This document shows positions 28,108 to 38,567 of a DNA stretch of 64,000 nt, one piece after another (the stretch's first letter is position 1; every line of letters begins with the position of its first letter). The stretch is from contig PEAN01000009.1 of the NCBI GenBank assembly GCA_002753735.1, positions 15,926 through 79,925 of the forward strand, given 5' to 3'. The position numbers were made by a program, and so were the translations under genes. Origin of the DNA: Magnetococcales bacterium DCbin4 (GTDB taxonomy: Bacteria > Pseudomonadota > Magnetococcia > Magnetococcales > UBA8363). The notes below the pieces were generated by a model, which had not been told where the DNA came from, did not search any database, and worked only from the letters and a program-made list of their open reading frames with translations.

Positions 28108-29007
28108 ATGAACGATGTCGAACTGCTGCGCCGGTTTTTGGATGACATGCTGGTGGAACATGGACTTTCGGCCAACACCCTGGAAGCCTATCGCCATGAC
28201 CTGGAAGGGTTGGCGGACCATCTGCAACGGCGGGGGACGGGATGGATTGCGGCGGGGCGGGATGATCTTGCGCAATGGTTGGAGGTGATGGTCCGGGAAC
28301 GCCTGGCCCCGGCCTCCATGGCGCGGAAACGTTCCTCCGCCGGACGGATGTTTCGTTGGTTGGCGGCCCGGGAATTGCGCCTGGATGATCCGACCGATCT
28401 GCTCGAAGGGCCGAAGCGCGGGCGACGGTTGCCCAAAGTCCTCAGCGAGGCGGATGTCGAAGCCTTGCTCGCGGCACCCGACCGTAACGATGATCTGGGG
28501 TTGCGCGATGCCGCCATGTTGGAGACCCTCTACGCCACCGGATTGCGTGTTTCAGAATTGGTGTCGCTGACCACCGATGCCTTGGACGAGGGGTTCGGTT
28601 TCCTGCGCGTGGTGGGGAAGGGGGACAAGGAACGGGTCGTCCCGATTGGTGAAATGGCTTTGGCGTCGATTCAACGCTACCAACGGCGCTCCAGACCTGT
28701 CCTGTTGGGCAAACGTGCCGTCCCCGATCTGTTCGTCACCCATCGGGGCAAGGGAATGACCCGGCAAAATTTTTGGTACATCATCCGCAGATATGCCCTG
28801 CTGGCGGGGATACAAATGGAATTGTCACCCCATTTGCTGCGGCACTCGTTTGCTTCCCATCTGCTCAATCATGGGGCCGATTTGCGGGGGGTACAGATGA
28901 TGTTGGGACACTCCGATATTTCGACCACCGAAATCTATACCCATGTGGCACGGGAACGGATCAAGGAGGTGCATCAACGATTCCATCCCCGCTGTGGTGG
29001 TGGCTGA
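28108..29007 (+). CDS. xerD: Tyrosine recombinase XerD
   Basis: 299 aa. FLDDMLVEHGLSANTLEAYRHDL is followed by the catalytic HxLRHSFA(S)HLL and GHSDISTTEIYTHV boxes. Confidence 0.85.
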   Translation: MNDVELLRRFLDDMLVEHGLSANTLEAYRHDLEGLADHLQRRGTGWIAAGRDDLAQWLEVMVRERLAPASMARKRSSAGRMFRWLAARELRLDDPTDLLEGPKRGRRLPKVLSEADVEALLAAPDRNDDLGLRDAAMLETLYATGLRVSELVSLTTDALDEGFGFLRVVGKGDKERVVPIGEMALASIQRYQRRSRPVLLGKRAVPDLFVTHRGKGMTRQNFWYIIRRYALLAGIQMELSPHLLRHSFASHLLNHGADLRGVQMMLGHSDISTTEIYTHVARERIKEVHQRFHPRCGGG

Positions 29008-29306
29008 ACGTTGCATTTTGGCAAGCATTACGTCGGCCGGGGCTGCGGGTGGTGCTGCAACGGTTCAAGCTGATGTTTTTTCAGAATTCAGCGCCGCAAT
29101 TTGATCTTCTGTGGGAGAAGGCATCGGAATCGATGAAACGATTTCGGTTCCGGAATGATCGGAGCGGATGATCCGTAATTCACCTGCCATCAGTATAACC
29201 AAGCACGCAGCAGTTCCGGACAGATCGGTTTGATTAATTGGCAAAACAGATTCGGTTTCGATAAACTGTCTTTTTCTGACCTCCGGTTGCCAACAGAGTA
29301 CACCGC

Positions 29307-30005
29307 ATGATGACGATCCGTTACGCCCAGGAGCGTGGAGGTGCCGATCACGGGTGGCTGAACACCCAACATACCTTCTCCTTCGCCGATTATTACGACC
29401 CGAATCATATGGGGTTCCGTACCCTGCGCGTCATCAACGAAGATGTGATCCAGCCAGAAACCGGGTTTGACCTGCATGGGCATCGGGATATGGAGGTGAT
29501 CTCATTTCTGATCCAGGGCAGCCTGTGGCATCGGGACAGCACCGGTGTGTCATCGGTTTTGCGGGCTGGTCAGGTGCAGTGCATGACCGCCGGTTCCGGC
29601 ATTCGCCACAGCGAACATAATCCGTCCAAGACGGAACCAACGCACTTTCTACAGATATGGATCCTGCCCAACCGGAAAGGGCTGACCCCGGGATATCAAC
29701 AAAAAGAATTTCCTGTTGCAGAACGGCAGGGGCGTTTTCGTTTGATGGTTTCTCCGGATGGTGCTGATCAATCCTTGACCATTCATCAGGATGTACGTCT
29801 GTTCGGCTTGAACCTGGTTTCTGGAGGGATGGCCGTTTATCCGTTGGATCCGGGTCGTCATGCCTGGGTTCAGGTTGTCTCGGGCGGGGTTGAGATCAAT
29901 GGCCATCGGGTTTCCGCGGGAGATGGGATCGCCCTGAGCCAGGAACGCGAAGTCCAGGCCGTTGGTCGGAGTCATGGTGAAATCTTGTTGTTCGATCTGG
30001 CTTGA
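29307..30005 (+). CDS. Pirin-family protein
   Basis: 232 aa. GWLNTQHTFSFADYYDP...GFDLHGHRDMEVISF is the cupin metal site typical of pirins. Confidence 0.85.
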   Translation: MMTIRYAQERGGADHGWLNTQHTFSFADYYDPNHMGFRTLRVINEDVIQPETGFDLHGHRDMEVISFLIQGSLWHRDSTGVSSVLRAGQVQCMTAGSGIRHSEHNPSKTEPTHFLQIWILPNRKGLTPGYQQKEFPVAERQGRFRLMVSPDGADQSLTIHQDVRLFGLNLVSGGMAVYPLDPGRHAWVQVVSGGVEINGHRVSAGDGIALSQEREVQAVGRSHGEILLFDLA

Positions 30006-30071
30006 GTCTGGTTGGGGATGGCAAGGCCGCCCATCCTGATCAATCGTCTGTCGATTTCCTGAGAAACTGCC

Positions 30072-30908
30072 ATGATGACGCATGAACACGCTTTGCGCGA
30101 CGTATCCCTTGCACGTCAGCCCGTGTGGTATCTCCCCCATGGTGGGGGTCCCTGTTTTTTCATGGATTGGAATCCACCGGATGCCTGGGATGCGATGAAA
30201 CGGTTTCTCCAGGGAATTCCAGGCCAATTGCCACAGCGCCCAAAAGCGATTGTCTGTGTATCGGCCCATTGGATCGAAACTTCCTTCGGCATCAGCAGCG
30301 GGGAACAGCCGGGGTTGATCTACGATTATTACGGATTTCCGCAACACACGTATCAACTTCGTTATCCCGCATCGGGTGCCCCCTGGTTGGCGGAACGGAT
30401 GGCGGCTTTGTTGGATCAGGCCGGAATACCGGCGAAGCAACATCCGACCCGCGGATTTGATCATGGGATGTTCATCCCCTTGAAGGTGATCTTTCCAGAA
30501 GCGGATGTACCCGTGGTGCAACTCTCTTTGCTGACCGGTCTGGATCCCGAGGCGCATTTCCAGGCGGGCAGGGCGTTGGCACCCTTGCGTGACGAGGGGG
30601 TGATGATCATGGGTAGCGGCATGAGTTTTCACAACATGCGTGGCTATGGCGATCCCGGGTTCGGGCCGATTTCGGATGCCTTCGATGCGTGGCTGGCCAT
30701 CACCGTCGAGGCGGAGGCAACGTTACGCGCGGAACGGCTGTTTCACTGGGAACAGGCCCCCGCAGCACGGTTGTGCCATCCGCCTCGCGCCGAGGAGCAT
30801 CTATTGCCCCTGATGCTGATTGCCGGTGCCGCCCGGGCAGATCACGGACAATGTGTCTTTACGGATCGCGTCATGGAAACCACCTTGTCGGCATTCCGCT
30901 TTGGCTGA
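30072..30908 (+). CDS. Class III extradiol dioxygenase (4,5-DOPA dioxygenase / YgiD-like)
   Basis: 278 aa. SAHW, YDYYGFP and FDHGMFIPL motifs are characteristic of the LigB/YgiD family. Confidence 0.8.
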   Translation: MMTHEHALRDVSLARQPVWYLPHGGGPCFFMDWNPPDAWDAMKRFLQGIPGQLPQRPKAIVCVSAHWIETSFGISSGEQPGLIYDYYGFPQHTYQLRYPASGAPWLAERMAALLDQAGIPAKQHPTRGFDHGMFIPLKVIFPEADVPVVQLSLLTGLDPEAHFQAGRALAPLRDEGVMIMGSGMSFHNMRGYGDPGFGPISDAFDAWLAITVEAEATLRAERLFHWEQAPAARLCHPPRAEEHLLPLMLIAGAARADHGQCVFTDRVMETTLSAFRFG

Positions 30909-31115
30909 ATCGGATTTGACCTTTTCTCTGCGTATCGGCCCGATGACCCGGCAAGGTCATGCGCACCGTGATAAGGTAAGGGAATGAATGAGATACATCA
31001 TTGCTGACGGACATGGCGGGCTGGTCAAGTCATGTTCCGGGTCCGATGTCATTGTTCAATCCGTAGTGATGGATGATTCCAGGGTGAACGAAAACTTGAT
31101 GAAGGGAAGCTGACG

Positions 31116-32156
31116 ATGGCGGAAGAGGCGTCCAAAGGGTTTGGCCTGCTGTTGTACAATGGGTTCAAGGTGGGTTTGGGGTTGTTGGTTTTTTTGCCGT
31201 TTCTGCTGTTTTTGATCCCTTTATGGTTCGTGTACCGGCAGTCGGAAGTATGGGCGGGGCGTCCCGCTCCCAAGGTGCCATGGAAGATGATCCGTCCGGG
31301 GCGGGACCGTGCTGGTCACATCGATACTTCGATGGGGTCAGGTGATTCCGACGACAGGGGTGAACGGAAGGTCAGGATCGAATCACCACGCCAGGAGCCC
31401 GGGAGGGTCCATGAACCGTTCATGGAAAAACAGATGACCACCGGGGTCGCTTTGGTGACCGGTGGCGGGAATCGCCTTGGCGCCTTGATCTGTCATGATC
31501 TGGCTGCGCTGGGATTCGTTGTGGCATTGACCTACCATCGTTCGGAAACCGCCGCTTCCGACCTGGCACGCCAGATCGAGGCAAAAGGGGGAATCGCCCA
31601 ATCTTTTGTCCTCGACCTCAATAACCCGGTCCATGTCAGCACCCTGGTCGGGGATGTGGAGCGTCGCCTGGGACCGGTGACCCTGTTGGTCAATAATGCC
31701 GGTGTCTTCCTTGAAGATACGGTTCATGGGGGGTGGGAGGTGATGCAGCAATTGTTCAGGGTCAACCTGCAAGGCCCTCTGTGGCTTTCCATGGAGGTGG
31801 CCCGGGCGATGAAACGATCTGAAGTCCAAGGACAGATCATTTCCATCTGCGATCTTTGGGGGGAACGGCCATTGGCCAAACATGCCGCCTACAGTGCCGC
31901 CAAATCGGGTATGATCATGGCGACCCGGGTCTTGGCCCGGGATCTGGCACCCGATATCCGGGTCAATGCCATTGCACCGGGTGCGGTATTGCCTCCCGGG
32001 GACAACCATCCCGGGTTCCAGGCCATGCTTGCCCGGACCCCTCTGGCGGGTCAGGCGGGTCCCGATGGGGTGCTTCATGCGTTGCGTTATCTGTTGGGGG
32101 CGAGATTCGTTACGGGTGAAGTGTTGCATGTGGATGGGGGGCGCAACCTGGTGTAA
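31116..32156 (+). CDS. Short-chain dehydrogenase/reductase (pteridine reductase-like); the N-terminal ~100 aa is uncertain
   Basis: ALVTGGGNRLG, LVNNAG and the YSAAK catalytic motif. The SDR core starts near ATG 31422 or 31434. The upstream in-frame part encodes one hydrophobic segment. Confidence 0.75.
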   Translation: MAEEASKGFGLLLYNGFKVGLGLLVFLPFLLFLIPLWFVYRQSEVWAGRPAPKVPWKMIRPGRDRAGHIDTSMGSGDSDDRGERKVRIESPRQEPGRVHEPFMEKQMTTGVALVTGGGNRLGALICHDLAALGFVVALTYHRSETAASDLARQIEAKGGIAQSFVLDLNNPVHVSTLVGDVERRLGPVTLLVNNAGVFLEDTVHGGWEVMQQLFRVNLQGPLWLSMEVARAMKRSEVQGQIISICDLWGERPLAKHAAYSAAKSGMIMATRVLARDLAPDIRVNAIAPGAVLPPGDNHPGFQAMLARTPLAGQAGPDGVLHALRYLLGARFVTGEVLHVDGGRNLV

Positions 32157-32550
32157 CGCCCCGGCAGGTGGATCCCTTCGCATGAGAAAGAATCGTTTCA
32201 TGGTTGAAGGATTCTTGAGGAAAAAGGGGGTGGACTTTGGAATGTTTTGACCTGGGATGCGTCATCCAAGAGGGGGGGAGGTCTATCGTTTACAAAAAAT
32301 TATATAAATAAAATCAATTAGTTGAGTGGACAAAGATGCTCATGGGGGATGGGGCGGAACAAAACCATGGCATGAAATTTGAGATCTGGAGTGTCAAGAT
32401 CGTTTTTCTCAGAACAACACCTTCCTGCTTTTCAACTGTCGATACCGGATGAGTTTGTCGCACCGTCTCGATGAAATTGGAATAAAAGAGATCAATATGT
32501 CAAATCAAAGCAGTCTATATTATCGAGATATTCAATAAGAAAGGTTGTTT

Positions 32551-32808
32551 ATGGGTGTAAAAAAAATCGTCAAAAAGGTGAATGATTTTCTTGGAAAAAA
32601 ATGGAAAAAACAAAAGAAAAGAATCAAGGAATTTGAAACCATCTTGAACCGCCTGTCGGAAAAGGAAACCAAGGTATTGATGCGTTTGAATCGGGAAACC
32701 GACCCGAGGACAATCAAGGAAATGAAAAAAAAGTTGCGCTTGATCCGTGTCAACAAGGAGGAAGGGATCAAACTTTGTGCGCAGGTGAATGAGGGAAGAA
32801 AAAAATAA
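32551..32808 (+). CDS. Small lysine-rich hypothetical protein
   Basis: 85 aa from ATG 32551, preceded by AAGAAAGG. It lies in an AT-rich island and has a coiled-coil-like K/E-rich sequence. No family recognised. Confidence 0.3.
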   Translation: MGVKKIVKKVNDFLGKKWKKQKKRIKEFETILNRLSEKETKVLMRLNRETDPRTIKEMKKKLRLIRVNKEEGIKLCAQVNEGRKK

Positions 32809-32871
32809 TCTGTGATGAAAACGGATATGATTTTTACAATGATAAACGAAACTACTGTATGAGAGGTGTGT

Positions 32872-33924
32872 ATGAACAGGAAAATATCTTTGCGGAGTTC
32901 AGCCTTGGCTGCGATTTGCATGAGTGCTGCCTTGTTGTTGCCCGGCACGGCCCGGGCGCGGGATCAGATCCAGATTGTCGGTTCTTCGACCGTCTATCCC
33001 TTTGCCACCATGGTGGCGGAGGAATTTGGCCGTTCCAGCAAATTCAAGGCGCCGGTGATCGAAAGCACTGGGACCGGGGGTGGATTCAAACTGTTTTGTT
33101 CAGGTGTCGGTGATCGCTTTGCCGATATTTCCAACGCCTCCCGGCGCATCAAAAAAACCGAGGTCGATACGTGTGCCGCCAATGGCGTCACTGAAATCAC
33201 CGAAATAAAGGTTGGATATGATGGTATTGTCCTGGCCAATGCACGAAGTGCCAAGCCGATGAGCCTGACACTCAAGGATATCTTCATGGCTCTGGCCCGT
33301 CAGGTGCCCGGCAAGGATGGAACGATGGTGGATAATCCCTACCAGACCTGGAAGGAGGTCAATGCCGACCTGCCTGATATGAAAATTCGGGTTCTGGGTC
33401 CGCCGCCGACTTCGGGAACCCGGGATGCTTTTGCTGAATTGGCCATGGAGGGGGGGTGCAAGGCAATTCCCGAATTGAAGGAGTTGGTCAAAAAGGACGA
33501 AAAACAACTCAAACCGGTTTGTCACGGCATTCGTGAAGATGGGGCCTATGTCGAAGCGGGTGAGAATGACAACCTGATCGTGCAAAAACTGGTCGCCGAT
33601 CCGCAATCCCTGGGGGTGTTCGGTTATTCCTTCCTGGATCAAAACCAGGATCAGTTGCAGGGCAGCGTTGTGGGTGGCATCACGCCCACCTTTGAAAATA
33701 TCGCCAGTGGCAGTTATCCCGTGTCGCGTCCCCTGTTCATCTACATCAAGAAGGCCCATCTGGGGATGGTGCCGGGGATCGCTGAATATGTGGCAGAGTT
33801 TTCCAGCGAGCGGGCTTGGGGCAGAGATGGCTACCTGGCGGAACGTGGCTTGATTCCCATGCCGGACGAAGAGCGGAAAAAATTTGCCGAAGACGCCAAA
33901 ACAATGCGCAAATTGGAATTTTGA
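32872..33924 (+). CDS. PstS-family periplasmic phosphate-binding protein
   Basis: Signal peptide ending in TARA, then QIQIVGSSTVYPF and GPPPTSGTRD motifs of the PstS/PBP-like-2 family. ATG 32872 is preceded by GAGAGG. The ORF track uses GTG 32866. Confidence 0.8.
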   Translation: MNRKISLRSSALAAICMSAALLLPGTARARDQIQIVGSSTVYPFATMVAEEFGRSSKFKAPVIESTGTGGGFKLFCSGVGDRFADISNASRRIKKTEVDTCAANGVTEITEIKVGYDGIVLANARSAKPMSLTLKDIFMALARQVPGKDGTMVDNPYQTWKEVNADLPDMKIRVLGPPPTSGTRDAFAELAMEGGCKAIPELKELVKKDEKQLKPVCHGIREDGAYVEAGENDNLIVQKLVADPQSLGVFGYSFLDQNQDQLQGSVVGGITPTFENIASGSYPVSRPLFIYIKKAHLGMVPGIAEYVAEFSSERAWGRDGYLAERGLIPMPDEERKKFAEDAKTMRKLEF

Positions 33925-33993
33925 GTTGAATGTCGGTCTGGCTCAAAGTGTGTTCACGGGGGGCGTATCGCCCCCCTTTTCTTTGCAGAAAAA

Positions 33994-35028
33994 TCAGGAT
34001 TCCTGAGCGTCGAACTGTTCCTTGAGCTGAAGGATCTCATGTTTCAAGGTCATGAACAACGCCACCAGCCGGGGGTCGAAATGGGATCCCGCATCTTTTT
34101 GCAGCAGGGCCAGGGCCCGCTCGACCGGCCAGGGTTCCTTGTACGGTCGTTTCATGGTCAAGGCATCGAACACATCCGCGATGGCAACGATACGGGCCGA
34201 TTCGGGAATCCCTTCCCCGGTCAGCCCTTGGGGGTACCCGGTACCATCCCATCGTTCATGATGGCTCAAGGCGACTTCGGCGGCCAACATGAACAGGGGT
34301 GATTCGTTCCGTTCCAGGATTCTCGCCCCGATGGTGGCGTGGGTCTTGACGAGATCGAATTCTTCCGGGGTCAGTTTGCGGGGGGCCTTGAGTACCGAAT
34401 CGGGAATCCCGATCTTGCCGGAATCGTGCATGGCCGCCGCCAGTTCGAGTTGTTCCGCATCAGCCACCGACCATTGGGCCGCGCGTGCCAGGATTCGGGC
34501 ATAGGCCGCCATGCGCCAGATATGAACCCCCGTATCGGTATCATTGTAATGTCCGGCGTCGCCCAGCATGAAAATGGCGGCCCGCTGGCTGGCATCCAGT
34601 TCCCGGGTGCGTTGCCTGACCATCTCTTCGCAGGCACGCCGTTGATTGGCCAGCGCCAGATGCGTTCGTACCCTGGCCATGACAATGCTGGGTTGAACCG
34701 GTTTGGTGATGTAGTCGACACCACCCGCTTCAAATCCTTTACTTTCATCATGGATTTCCGACATGGCAGTGATGAAGATCACCGGAATTCCCGCCGTTGT
34801 TGGATTGGCCTTCAACGCACGGCACACCTCGTAACCATCCATTTCCGGCATCATGATGTCCAGCAGGATCAATGAGGGCGGTTGCGATGCGGCAATTTTC
34901 AACGCCATGGCGCCATTGATGGCCGCCTTGACCTTGAATTCCGGGATCAGAATCCCTTTGAGTACATCAAGATTCTCAGGAGTATCATCCACTGCCAGAA
35001 TGACGTATTTTTCTTCCGTTGCCGCCAT
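33994..35028 (-). CDS. Response regulator, REC + HD-GYP
   Basis: VILAVDDTPEN and LLDIMMPEMDG (REC), then HDSGKIGIPD and HHERWDGTGYP (HD-GYP). ATG 35028 is preceded by AAGGAGG. The ORF track uses TTG 35061. Confidence 0.9.
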   Translation of the reverse strand: MAATEEKYVILAVDDTPENLDVLKGILIPEFKVKAAINGAMALKIAASQPPSLILLDIMMPEMDGYEVCRALKANPTTAGIPVIFITAMSEIHDESKGFEAGGVDYITKPVQPSIVMARVRTHLALANQRRACEEMVRQRTRELDASQRAAIFMLGDAGHYNDTDTGVHIWRMAAYARILARAAQWSVADAEQLELAAAMHDSGKIGIPDSVLKAPRKLTPEEFDLVKTHATIGARILERNESPLFMLAAEVALSHHERWDGTGYPQGLTGEGIPESARIVAIADVFDALTMKRPYKEPWPVERALALLQKDAGSHFDPRLVALFMTLKHEILQLKEQFDAQES

Positions 35029-35064
35029 CAAGCCCTCCTTTCCGGGTTTGTTGCCATCCAAAGA

Positions 35065-38000
35065 TCAATGGGCAGCGGGATCCGTTTGGATTCTTGCAAG
35101 GAGTCCATGCCGTTCAAAAAAGGCATCCAACGTCTTGCCCGCATCCTCAAAATCGTAGCGGCCCACCTGGTGGCGCAGGGGCAGGAGTTCCTTTTCCATG
35201 CGTGCATCCTTCGCTGAAGTCAGGAAGGCATCGATGGCATCTTCGGTCTCCGTATCGAATTCGGCGATCATCGTCCGAATTCTCAACAAGGTTTCGAAGG
35301 CACGATCCATGGGATTCCCTTCAGTTCCTTCCGGATCAGAATGCACGGTTGTGTTCACGATTGGAAGCACGATTTGCATGGCACCGGCAAAATCGTACGC
35401 ATCAAGATGTTGCGTCACCCGGGAAAGGGTTTCAGCCAACGGATCGCTTTCGGGGATCGAAGCCCGCAGGATCGCACTCCATTCAGCCGCCTCTGAATCA
35501 TACTCTTTAATCATATCAAGCAGTTTCTTGAACCCTTCATGACCATCCGTTCGCATCTTGACCGGTGTGACCTCGGTGGGGGATGAGGTTTCGAGTCCTT
35601 TGCGGATGGCATGGATGACCGCTGAAAGCGATTGCTGCAACGAGGTCAGAATCGATTCATCCGGGTCGGTTTGTCCTTGTATGAGAAGGGTTTCAAGTTT
35701 TCCCGTCTCACTTTGCAGGGATGTGGCACCGACACTGCCCGCAGTACCTTTGAGGGTATGGGCGGTGCGAATGGCCCGTGTCCGGTCCCCTGCGGCAAGG
35801 GCACGACGAATTTCATCGACGGCATCCGCTTGATTGGTGGCGAACTTGTCGAGCAGCTTGCGATAGGAGCGCAGATTGCCACCGATGCGGTTCAAACCGG
35901 CGGCATGATCGACGCCTTCGATGCCGGGCAACGGTTCGGCCGATTCGGGTTGGGGCGTATCGGGGAAGGAGGGTTCATGGGATGGGATGCGTTCACCCGG
36001 TTGGATCCAGCGGGCGAGGGTGGCGAACAGTTCCCGGGGATCGATGGGTTTGGCCACATGGTCGTTCATCCCGGCATCCAGGCATTGTTCCCGGTCTCCC
36101 GCCATGGCGTTTGCGGTCATGGCGATGATGGGAAGATGCTGATATTTTTTAAATTTACGAATTTCTTTCGTCGCCGTGAGGCCATCCATGACCGGCATCT
36201 GGAGATCCATGAGGACGGCGTCGAAGGCTTCCTGACCCACCTTATCGACCGCGATGCGGCCATTGTTGGCGACGATGACCGTCAAGTGGGCCAGTTCCAG
36301 CAATTCTGTCGCAATCTGACGGTTGATTTCATTGTCTTCCACCAACAAAATGCGTGCTCCCCGGATGGCGGACACCTGTTCGATTCCCAAACCGTTGCTT
36401 TTGGGTTCGGTGGGATGGGTCGATCCTTCACGGCCCAAAGCTCGAAGTGTCGCATCCAGGAGGGAGGAGGCATTGATCGGTTTGGTCAGGATTCCATCCA
36501 CTTGCTGTCCCTGCATCATTGACTGCATCTCCTGTGCATCGTAGGCGGTCACGATGACGACCCTCGGAGGCCGCTTCAGGGAAGCGTCGGACTTGATCCT
36601 TCTGGTGGCGGTCATTCCGTCCATGATCGGCATTTTCCAATCCATGAATACCATCCGGTAGGGGGTTCCGTTCTGATCATGCCTCTGGATCATTTCCAAC
36701 GCTTCGGCCCCATTGGTGGCCAGTTCAACATGAAAGGAAAGGCTTTCAATCAGTCGTTGCATGATTTCGCGGGCAATGGCGCTGTCGTCGGCCACCAGTA
36801 CCGAAAGATGCCGCAGATCGGAATCGAGCATGGGGCTGGCGGGCAGTTCGTGTGCCGACCTTTTGAAGACGGCCGTAAACATGAAGGTACTTCCCTGACC
36901 CGGTGTACTCTCCACCTGGATGGTGCCATCCATCATTTCGACCAGCCGTTGACTGATGGTCAATCCCAGACCGGTACCGCCATATTTCCGGGTGGTGGAG
37001 GAATCGGCCTGGCTGAAGGATTTGAACAATTTGCCCATCTGTTCTCCGGTCATGCCGATGCCGGTATCGATGACGGAAAAACGGAGTGTGACCTGATCCT
37101 GGTATTTCTTTACGGGTTCAACCTTGATGATGATTTCGCCTTGTTCGGTAAACTTGACGGCATTGTTGGCCAGGTTGATCAAAACCTGTCCCAGCCGCAA
37201 CGCATCGCCCACCAGTGCGTTCGGGGTCTCCGGTTGGACGAATATCAGCAGTTCCAGCCCTTTTTCCCGTGTCTTGACCGTGATCAGGTTGGATAGATGA
37301 TCCAAAACCTGTTCCAATCTGAACGGAATGGCCTCCATATCCAGTTTGCCCGCCTCGATCTTGGAAAAATCGAGAATGTCGTTGATGATCCCCAGCAGGG
37401 AATTGGCAGCGGTATGGATTTTGTAGACATAACCGTGCTGTTTGGGGTTCATCTGGGTCTGCAATGCCAGGTGGCTCAGGCCGATGATCGCATTCATCGG
37501 TGTCCGGATTTCGTGACTCATGTTGGCCAGGAAGTCGCTTTTGGCCCGGGTGGCCTCTTCGGCAATCCGGCGTGCGGCATTCAGTGCCGCTTCCGAATAG
37601 TTGCGTTCCACCAGGATCGCCAGGGTATTGCCGACCGCCCTGAGAATTTCTTCTTCCCACGGAGCCTGGGGATGTCCCGCATCCACAAAAAGGGTCAGTA
37701 CCCCAAAAACCTGGTCATGGGCGCAAATGGGAACGATGTAGTGGCCATGATCCACCATCGGTTCGGATTGAATCTCGTGTCGCGCATCCAGATGGTTGGT
37801 AAAAAGAATCGTGTTGGTGGCTACGGCCTTTCCGCACAGGCATGCCTCCTTGGGAACGGTTCGGCAGGGGAATGAACTCAGGGGTGTCAGGCCACTTTGG
37901 ACGACCATTTCCAGGGTGTCACCGGCGTCGTTCATCAGCAGGATGGCCCCCTTGTTTTTAATCGCAAGAAAGGAGATGCCCAGAATGATCTCCAATGCCC

Positions 38001-38520
38001 GGGTCAGGATCGCCTCAAGGGCATTGCCATGGATTTCAATGGAAAGCAGATCCTTCAGCAGGGTTTGGCTTTCACTGGTGCGGCGCAATCGTTCTTCGGC
38101 ATTCTTCTGGGCGGTGATGTCGGTGCGGATGGAGATGAACTGGATCGGCGCACCCGCTTCGTTCATGAAGGGGACGACCGTGGCGCTGACCCAGTACAAG
38201 GGGCCATTTTTGGTGCGGTTGCAGACCTCGCCGTGCCACACCTCCCCTTTGAGGATCGTGTGCCACAATGTTTTGAAAAATGATTTGGGATGGAGTCCCG
38301 ATTTCACGATACGATGGTTGCTGCCGATCAACTCTTCCCGCGAGTAGCCGCTGATCTTGCAAAAACGGTCGTTGACATAGATGATATCGCCCTTGGCATC
38401 GGTGGCGCTGACAATGGCGTGTTGGTCCAGGGCAAACTTTTGAAAGTTCAATTCATTGATCAGCGCAAGTTGTTTTTGCGCCATGTCGGTGATGGTGTCG
38501 TCGTGCGGGATCATGCTCAT
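35065..38520 (-). CDS. Hybrid sensor histidine kinase: PAS, GAF, HisKA, HATPase, REC, REC, HPt
   Basis: H-box [11 protein letters not shown]-boxes DTGIGM and GGTGLGL. Two REC domains ([18 protein letters not shown]). HPt motif AHTLKGTAG. The alternative ATG at 38610 would overlap the ABC-F gene by 43 nt. Confidence 0.85.
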   Translation of the reverse strand: MSMIPHDDTITDMAQKQLALINELNFQKFALDQHAIVSATDAKGDIIYVNDRFCKISGYSREELIGSNHRIVKSGLHPKSFFKTLWHTILKGEVWHGEVCNRTKNGPLYWVSATVVPFMNEAGAPIQFISIRTDITAQKNAEERLRRTSESQTLLKDLLSIEIHGNALEAILTRALEIILGISFLAIKNKGAILLMNDAGDTLEMVVQSGLTPLSSFPCRTVPKEACLCGKAVATNTILFTNHLDARHEIQSEPMVDHGHYIVPICAHDQVFGVLTLFVDAGHPQAPWEEEILRAVGNTLAILVERNYSEAALNAARRIAEEATRAKSDFLANMSHEIRTPMNAIIGLSHLALQTQMNPKQHGYVYKIHTAANSLLGIINDILDFSKIEAGKLDMEAIPFRLEQVLDHLSNLITVKTREKGLELLIFVQPETPNALVGDALRLGQVLINLANNAVKFTEQGEIIIKVEPVKKYQDQVTLRFSVIDTGIGMTGEQMGKLFKSFSQADSSTTRKYGGTGLGLTISQRLVEMMDGTIQVESTPGQGSTFMFTAVFKRSAHELPASPMLDSDLRHLSVLVADDSAIAREIMQRLIESLSFHVELATNGAEALEMIQRHDQNGTPYRMVFMDWKMPIMDGMTATRRIKSDASLKRPPRVVIVTAYDAQEMQSMMQGQQVDGILTKPINASSLLDATLRALGREGSTHPTEPKSNGLGIEQVSAIRGARILLVEDNEINRQIATELLELAHLTVIVANNGRIAVDKVGQEAFDAVLMDLQMPVMDGLTATKEIRKFKKYQHLPIIAMTANAMAGDREQCLDAGMNDHVAKPIDPRELFATLARWIQPGERIPSHEPSFPDTPQPESAEPLPGIEGVDHAAGLNRIGGNLRSYRKLLDKFATNQADAVDEIRRALAAGDRTRAIRTAHTLKGTAGSVGATSLQSETGKLETLLIQGQTDPDESILTSLQQSLSAVIHAIRKGLETSSPTEVTPVKMRTDGHEGFKKLLDMIKEYDSEAAEWSAILRASIPESDPLAETLSRVTQHLDAYDFAGAMQIVLPIVNTTVHSDPEGTEGNPMDRAFETLLRIRTMIAEFDTETEDAIDAFLTSAKDARMEKELLPLRHQVGRYDFEDAGKTLDAFFERHGLLARIQTDPAAH

Positions 38521-38567
38521 CGGATGATTGCCTGTTGACAAGATGGAATAGGGTCCAGCCCGTGCGT

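Noticed and set aside
32532-32948. 138-aa minus-strand ORF in the AT-rich island
   Set aside because: It is a low-complexity Phe/Ile/Ser-rich translation of AT-rich DNA. It overlaps the pstS-like start and the better-supported plus-strand small ORF.
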